DNA from: Candidatus Poseidoniaceae archaeon
GTDB lineage: Archaea > Thermoplasmatota > Poseidoniia > Poseidoniales > Poseidoniaceae
NCBI GenBank assembly: GCA_016777125.1
Contig: JADHSC010000003.1
Span: 15,164-79,163 of the forward strand
DNA: 64,000 nucleotides
Direction: 5' to 3'
The translations under genes and the position numbers were made by a program. Position 1 is the first letter of the stretch, and the number at the start of each line of letters is the position of its first letter. This document shows positions 59,701-64,000 of this stretch, in pieces. The notes under the pieces were generated by a model. The model did no database searches, had not been told where the DNA came from, and worked only from the letters and a program-made list of their open reading frames with translations.

Positions 59701-62700
59701 CTTGTAAGTGGGCCGTACTTGTATGCAGCTCCAGCACTGTTGGTGATGGTACCTGAAAGATCTCCACCGAAGTTCTTGACGTAGTAAATACCAGCAGTGT
59801 TCTGAGCATCAAAGTCCATGTTTGTCAGGTCGATTGAACCGGAACCTGAGGAAGATACGAGCATTCCGTAATCTCCACCGTTAACTTCAATGTCGTCCAT
59901 TGCAGCGGATACAGCGCCAGTTACTTCAACACCAGAATCGGTTGGTGAAGTAATGTCGATAGATTCGAATATTCCAGCGGCAAAGTTACCACCAATTTCG
60001 ATTCCATTATCTGCTCCAGTGATGACTCCATTCTTGAAAGAAGCAGTACCGCTGTCTCTGAGATAGTCTCCGAGATCGCTTGGATCATTACCAGCACGAG
60101 CGACAATGTCAAGTCGGTCTTGGTAATTGTCTGCACGGTTGTGGAGAACATCAACATACATAGTAACCTTAGAGATTGAACTATCGGAAATATCTACGAC
60201 TGGGAAAGACATACGAGCGCCTTGTCCTGGATTCATGTAATATGAATATGCATAATCGAGACAGATGTTGTATGATCCTCCAACGTATCCTTCAACAGGC
60301 TTGTATACCCCTTGTCCACCATGGTAAGAGGTGTAGTAGTAGCCCCAGTAATGGTATGGGTAATATCCGCTGTTTGGTGTTGTGTCAGCATCAATTTCAG
60401 ACCATCGGAATCCGAATTGGTCTGGGTAGTAGTAGTAACCAGGATAGGATGGGAAGGTCTGAGGACCTTGAGGCCAATAGCGCCATAGGTAGTACATGTA
60501 ACCGTCAAAGTTACTTGTAGCGGATGGCCCATAGCTGTAACCGTATTGGTTACAATGCCATGATGCAACTCCACCTTCACCACCAGCGTATGTGTCAGCA
60601 CCGTTTCCAGACTTAGGATCGTTTGCACCCCATGGGTAGTATCCCATCTTGTCTGGTGTGGTAATGTTCTCAGAAACTTCTCCGCTTCCATCATCGTAGG
60701 TAACTTCGATGTTCCAGCGGTCAGTAATCATGTAGTACTTGCTTGTAGCATAGTTGTAGGTTGGGTGAGCATTTCCACCACCATAGATGGAGTTAGCACC
60801 AACTTGCAGATAATCTGAAGTTCCAAGGAAGGAGGAGAGGTCTACTGCATATGTTGTCCATCCAGTTGATTGTCCTGACAATGAAGTAGAACGGTAAATG
60901 GTTGGAAGGCTCATTCCACCGTAGACATCGACACCAACAGTGTTGTCAGTTGATGTGAATCCGTCGATTTGCGGAGCACCGTTGTAGGCTTGTATACCAA
61001 CAGCAGCGTTAGAGACTGCGAGGTTGGTGTATGAACCACTTGCTTGTTCAACCCAAAGGGCTGTGCCAGTGTTCGCTACGTTGATGATGCTGGAGGAAGC
61101 TATGTCAGCTGTTCCACCATCAACCTTGACGGTTGCCATCTCAGTAGAACTTGCAGAGGAACCGTAAACAGTACCTGAGTTCTTCATGATTAGCGTAGCA
61201 CCATCTCCAACGTACAGAGCAGACCCTGTAGTTGCATCTTGAGCAACATCACGGACAATACCGCCATCAATTTCGAGTGTTCCATCTTGGATATCGATTG
61301 TCAGAGGGTATGTTGAAGAAACCGCCTTCAATACTCCAGTGGCTACTGAAGATTTTCCTACAAGCAACTTACCACCATTCGATAGTGTTAGTACAGGAGT
61401 ACTTGTTGCAGTCGACTTGACTGCTAGAACAGCACCCATGAGTTTGACGACACATCCATTGAGGTTGAGATCTTCAGTCAATGTCATTGGTGTTCCATCA
61501 AATTCGTAGATGACTCCTCCAGCAGCGGTTGTACCGTTTGTAGGTAGACCCGCTCCGGTGTCAGCATCAGTCCATGCTGCCAACCAAGAACAGTCCATGT
61601 TGGTTCCATTGAAATCAACAGGGGATGGCTCAAGAAGAAGAGCATATGAACTGCCAATGGTAAATCCACTGGTCAAATCGCTTGCATACCAGGTGTCACT
61701 CGAGAGAGTCTCGTTCTGTCCAGCAGGTCCGAATGCACGGAGGTTGTGATCGCTGTATGTGTTTCCAGCACTGTCTCCAGTGATGACCCACACAGATGCT
61801 TCACCGTTTGCATCAGTAATGTGAGATCCGACTTCGAAGAGTTCGGCTCCCGCTCCTGATACAACACTAGCGCTGACAACGTGTCCACTCTTGTTTACTT
61901 CTTCGATAGTTGAGTTAACAGCTTCGAGTCGGTATGCACGCAGAGTTGCAGTACCACCGTAGTAAATCAATGCAGAGGATGATGTGTAAACATCACAATC
62001 TGATGTAGCACCGTTCGAGTCAGCACAATCATCAGTGTTCTGTGAAACATCGATAAGACGTACTTCAGCGTTTGAACTTGCATAAGCAAGGTAAACACCG
62101 CTTCCAGCATTGGAACTGGTAATATCAACTTCACCAATAGTCATCTTCGAGTTACGAGCGTACAGAGCGTGGTCTGTGCTTGATGTGTGGGAAAGAGTTC
62201 CCCCATCGACGACAAAGTTGTTTGGTGCAGCGCTGCTTGAACAGCTGCTGTATACTCTGTCGGAATCGATGGTTGTTACATCAATCTTCCATCCACATCC
62301 TGCTACACCAAATCGACCAGAGTCGAGATTTGCAACAGACATAACATCAGTCGAGATAGCGTTCCCTGAGATGTCAATGTGTCCAGCGGTTATATCATTA
62401 AACATCGAAGGTTGAATTCGAGTCATAGATATGTCGCCAGAATCGATGTTGTGGAAGATAGCGAAATCTCCAGAAGGTCCGTTTGCTGTGCTTGAAGAGC
62501 CACCAGGAGTGATGGATAGCGTAGCAGTTCCAATGTCGACGTCTGTCATGTTGATAGAACCAAGAGCATTGATCGAGACACTTGAGTATCCAGGAGCATC
62601 AAGGTTGAAGATGTTCACTTCGCTGGATGTACCAAATGCTGAATCCAATGCAACTCCAGTTTGTGCAGATCCACTTGTTGTGAAAGAAGCACTAACGTTT

Positions 62701-64000
62701 GAGATTGTTACATGTTGCAAATCTGTATCGATGAGGTTCTTGTATGCATTCTCAATTGTTACGTTCTCAACATGGAGCATTCCACCAGTAGAACCTGGAT
62801 AGTTGACGATAGCGCCGCCCCATGATTCGCCGTCAGAGTTACAATTCGACATCGTTCCTTCCATGAGCATAGCGTTTGCGCTGCTTGGCAGGTTAATACA
62901 AGCCTTGTCAGCCCCACTAATTGCGAAGTTCATCATCGTAATTCCAGTTCCTTGTCCACTGCCGTGACTGATTGCAGTCTCGACGTTGGTGAATGTAACT
63001 TGACTTAGTGTGAAGTTACCGACGTTAGCGTTGGAGTAACATGGTCGTGTACCACCGTTGCTGTCAACACAGTATGCGTTGTAGTCTTGGTGTCGTGAAC
63101 CAGCAGTGATTGCAGCAGTACTGGTGTTGTTGAAGTCAACGTAACTGAATACGTGTCGGTCATCAGTACCAGCGGTTGTAGTACAATCGTCTGTGAAAGA
63201 GAGACCCTTCCATTCTGCACCTGCAGCACCCTCGAAGAGGATATGATCGGTGGAGTTTCCGATAGCCTTGACTGAATCGCAAGCACCATCTATGGAAATT
63301 CCCTTACCTTGTTCGACTTGTATGACTGTTCCTGGCTGGATTGTTAGATCTCCACCAGATACAGAGAGATAGTCGCTGCTAGGGCTGATTCGGTACGGTG
63401 AACCTTCATTGTCCCAGATACATTCTACATTGTTTCCTGAACAGTCGAGGTCGTTGTCGACATCTGTACCCTTGCCTTCGAATGGCATTGTACGGACATA
63501 GACACCACAATCGTATGCTGTGTTATCATAGCAGTAGTAGCTGCTGTAATAGCCCCACCATGGTGCAATTGTACCAGGTCGAGCTGCAGAGTTACTAGAG
63601 TATGGCAAATCAGGCATGCTTGTACCCCATGTAGTAATACCACGTTCAAGGGATTGAGAGCCAGTGTCAATCATGTAGAGGTAACCGTTACGACCAATTT
63701 GAAGTCGGTCGTCAGTGTCGTCACCATCGAACGATTTCTGGAAGTAATCGAAAGTAAATCCAGAAGGAAGGTCGATGTTCGCGTTACATCCAGTCTTGTA
63801 TTGGTTCCAGTAGTAACTGTAAGAACAGTAGTAACCAGTTGGCGTACCACCTGATGAACCAGAGATAACCTGTGCAGCGTTAGAAACAGGCTTGATACCT
63901 GTTGAGAACGCTTCGTATCCATGGTCATTTCCATCAGTTGAAATTCTGTAGTTGGATGAATGCGGGTTGTTACCAGCCATGTATCCAGCACCAGGGTTTC
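53724..64000 (-). CDS. Giant (>3400 aa, 5'-truncated) surface protein with beta-helix-like and cadherin-like repeats, a PSF-TM-RR anchor and a C-terminal archaeal type IV pilin domain
   Basis: The frame stays open to the window edge (..NPGAGYMAGNN). Parallel beta-helix-like repeats (GNTF, DNTF, NNTL), .ND.P cadherin-like motifs, VPSFAPSLVVVALAGFFVTALAMSSRR, then DEMAVSPVIATILMVAITVVLSGVIYVW. Confidence 0.85.
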   Translation of the reverse strand, partial: NPGAGYMAGNNPHSSNYRISTDGNDHGYEAFSTGIKPVSNAAQVISGSSGGTPTGYYCSYSYYWNQYKTGCNANIDLPSGFTFDYFQKSFDGDDTDDRLQIGRNGYLYMIDTGSQSLERGITTWGTSMPDLPYSSNSAARPGTIAPWWGYYSSYYCYDNTAYDCGVYVRTMPFEGKGTDVDNDLDCSGNNVECIWDNEGSPYRISPSSDYLSVSGGDLTIQPGTVIQVEQGKGISIDGACDSVKAIGNSTDHILFEGAAGAEWKGLSFTDDCTTTAGTDDRHVFSYVDFNNTSTAAITAGSRHQDYNAYCVDSNGGTRPCYSNANVGNFTLSQVTFTNVETAISHGSGQGTGITMMNFAISGADKACINLPSSANAMLMEGTMSNCNSDGESWGGAIVNYPGSTGGMLHVENVTIENAYKNLIDTDLQHVTISNVSASFTTSGSAQTGVALDSAFGTSSEVNIFNLDAPGYSSVSINALGSINMTDVDIGTATLSITPGGSSSTANGPSGDFAIFHNIDSGDISMTRIQPSMFNDITAGHIDISGNAISTDVMSVANLDSGRFGVAGCGWKIDVTTIDSDRVYSSCSSSAAPNNFVVDGGTLSHTSSTDHALYARNSKMTIGEVDITSSNAGSGVYLAYASSNAEVRLIDVSQNTDDCADSNGATSDCDVYTSSSALIYYGGTATLRAYRLEAVNSTIEEVNKSGHVVSASVVSGAGAELFEVGSHITDANGEASVWVITGDSAGNTYSDHNLRAFGPAGQNETLSSDTWYASDLTSGFTIGSSYALLLEPSPVDFNGTNMDCSWLAAWTDADTGAGLPTNGTTAAGGVIYEFDGTPMTLTEDLNLNGCVVKLMGAVLAVKSTATSTPVLTLSNGGKLLVGKSSVATGVLKAVSSTYPLTIDIQDGTLEIDGGIVRDVAQDATTGSALYVGDGATLIMKNSGTVYGSSASSTEMATVKVDGGTADIASSSIINVANTGTALWVEQASGSYTNLAVSNAAVGIQAYNGAPQIDGFTSTDNTVGVDVYGGMSLPTIYRSTSLSGQSTGWTTYAVDLSSFLGTSDYLQVGANSIYGGGNAHPTYNYATSKYYMITDRWNIEVTYDDGSGEVSENITTPDKMGYYPWGANDPKSGNGADTYAGGEGGVASWHCNQYGYSYGPSATSNFDGYMYYLWRYWPQGPQTFPSYPGYYYYPDQFGFRWSEIDADTTPNSGYYPYHYWGYYYTSYHGGQGVYKPVEGYVGGSYNICLDYAYSYYMNPGQGARMSFPVVDISDSSISKVTMYVDVLHNRADNYQDRLDIVARAGNDPSDLGDYLRDSGTASFKNGVITGADNGIEIGGNFAAGIFESIDITSPTDSGVEVTGAVSAAMDDIEVNGGDYGMLVSSSGSGSIDLTNMDFDAQNTAGIYYVKNFGGDLSGTITNSAGAAYKYGPLTSKNVVFDGITLAGNDVGLETAGSQEFTITDSAFASTTHDVVVTGSSKVDFIEGTVDTSKVSVTGTGDFERMRELEMTIEADGSGVQGTNVVLMNADKKITGTGTTDSNGDASGIQFRTVRVDSSGTTTDNLAGYQAATVAMIEYTSSKGDFRYAFETLSLSDTSGLTGTIDLNDRIEARVCYTYSSSSYVMVAGCSGSRYLGTGSSRSLTDGDGGSYMEYGYYGATPEDMSGKTIMVDVPFMYFDDNEEHNWNNTKVLVTGSYTFSDTQRWYAQSGTDAPELYLHESEVYGLAVNPTSGQQTGVEIGYLYQAMDISIKNSTLNPVASITSGMGYCSTWNNYDCVSDWLRIDNVSMTHYKGYTPLNNAISSTDVCINFYGSDNSYVINSTLSDCGAGISFQRSGYSYTHSASQFGADNTTIEGNTFLDGGEIADVWFYSNSYADDAVVKDNTFSSSTGKYGVRAYDQSTKRLTVTDNTFDGPETAVQLINTNGYLLDGNSITGVSDASKPGITINGGYGDVSNNTLLDADGGIRIDSAEAPPAPSTSLCTIASNAYRTTASCTFTVPSGSTAYVDLESDSWGSEIGLEITKPDGTTDTWAAGSFSSNTAYNRLTSYNVAGSYTLKVTDTWGDGGANIAVYYGTSTGGYSGPVVENNTIGLSPGRVAPNAIGLDFVDCNSVTIQSQLNTINMGDNAVVTDGCDINDVDSTIVGTGVSGSIGMSSLNSGDDITLSGTDISGYAYGVSIEDATLTLTGAASVAGSTAGVYAEDATVTAIDASVDGGATGTGLYMVDGDYSWIYPLDAAGDVGVYAENTEFRWDGGTSTATTALHAVESVGSVENLTWSASTTQINAGSNAYVTSIGNTLDSNAISIVASATIDEANLFSLDATHLQGTASAVGMSLLSTDGTRAAYVSPAFQPDIMAVDGDDSDWIGGTPLNPSDDAMPGMVSGDGTNDLLVTYSEGDALYIGMTGEDLATNDLLIYLDVVAGGSNTGYNLNAAHTLPVQADYLFWATSDTNMDLYSNGFLGWGASSMSTDAVDADLGTTTAGFFEIAIPFSRLGGTPDAVNIVAILQDGTANIQNVHPSQTVTTGAQTLTEYISIETTHDDLETGSISDEVLVYRTYKGSTTAGAAKDYDVMIKTQADCAYDWATVDAVSMATNQQLTVDIKRACPEIQATLADDAVDEDSGVYTMSLTNLADDVQDDEATLTWTATEGTTVAHSNVLVDWNKNGHTVSITPLDDQFGTIEFEFVVTDSHGLTDTKNMTLTVNNINDKPVICNTERIDCMPVFVDDGSYTNIVPEGFGSVSKFLGDISNASKSYVRDMDNEQDPTRQVYTWGASVPTDCIAFSVDVVANELTMTENTGNELGGTCPVTLTLSDDGAENTAADNVVVDFSVSPVNDAPVVLDWDVTTGAVVTSANGSTPVAPWSISLMEDDTSVQNLTYDLSAVKYDVDHNAADLAWTVEPTDQCTYQNYFTATIQDDNLVFELVPDATTNANAWEIDYLNDNGIHQIGPSGSDFCQIRLVLKDTATAPSYVPNYDPAVMSIASYTQGVATQEIGVRVENVRELVGDYYFDDAIGFDFLGINNVLSGTYVPVEVTIGAGGDVGPFTYDHMLAVTFHTDGGHGESENVKYYPVPAYGDTMVIQEYVYIVNSSGQIYVEMDVLTCLDDDCDLSKAPSDRFQTDDPKSHRANSGGQQGDDWSKPGQYGSDATKTSERRPLLEDSDWCNNVMYSTETAPVCNHANQPASTFLAANNTGRIPSVVSLGSGLGSVPSFAPSLVVVALAGFFVTALAMSSRRDEEDVEEDTRIVDDEMAVSPVIATILMVAITVVLSGVIYVWASSLAETGKLGTPRVTFDKVNENLGAADGYWAISVDQTEAELSTQSVIVTVLYTDSTGTRTSYATSLANTSDVYGFSPSNSDAFVTFFDKVEDEGTYKESTFGIGDQIMVRTHAPDGTAITDGTIRITYQPGPGEGSVIKTYSDLEYNKV

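Noticed and set aside
60230-60780. Diversity-generating retroelement target suggested by the Tyr-rich segment
   Set aside because: No reverse transcriptase and no template/variable repeat pair is visible in the window.
54187-63991. Numerous 60-150 aa ORFs antisense or out of frame within the giant genes (also within 26207-35371)
   Set aside because: Shadow ORFs expected from biased codon usage; no recognisable motifs.
1-64000. CRISPR array, transposase, integrase, prophage or rRNA
   Set aside because: No regularly spaced direct repeats, recombinase motifs or rRNA-like segments were seen; both tRNAs are flanked by housekeeping genes with no duplicated 3' end.

Overview
Gene-dense archaeal chromosomal segment. 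Archaeal-type AspRS, GatD, RFC small subunit, DNA polymerase D small subunit, pelota, TrmI and an intron-containing tRNA-Met occur together with many bacterial-type metabolic genes and giant acidic surface proteins. This mix best fits Marine Group II Euryarchaeota (Poseidoniales); the taxonomy is an inference. About 40 CDS and 2 tRNAs are supported; no rRNA, CRISPR array, transposase or integrase was seen. Highlights: (1) a >3400-aa surface protein, truncated by the window end, whose C-terminus carries a PGF-CTERM-like anchor followed in frame by a complete archaeal type IV prepilin, a possible adhesin-pilin polyprotein; (2) an o-aminophenol ring-cleavage cluster (AmnB, AmnA fused to a RidA-type deaminase, aminomuconate-semialdehyde dehydrogenase) linked to a luciferase-like monooxygenase, a class 3 asparaginase with altered active-site motifs and an EF-hand-bearing amino-acid permease; (3) a GH1 glycosidase-nucleotidyltransferase fusion facing a GHMP sugar kinase; (4) a 3054-aa protein with seven DNRLRE-like modules, a DNase I-family nuclease and a surface hydrolase lacking its catalytic serine. 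All product calls come from motifs recognised by eye; no database search was run. Several start codons were moved downstream of those in the ORF track.
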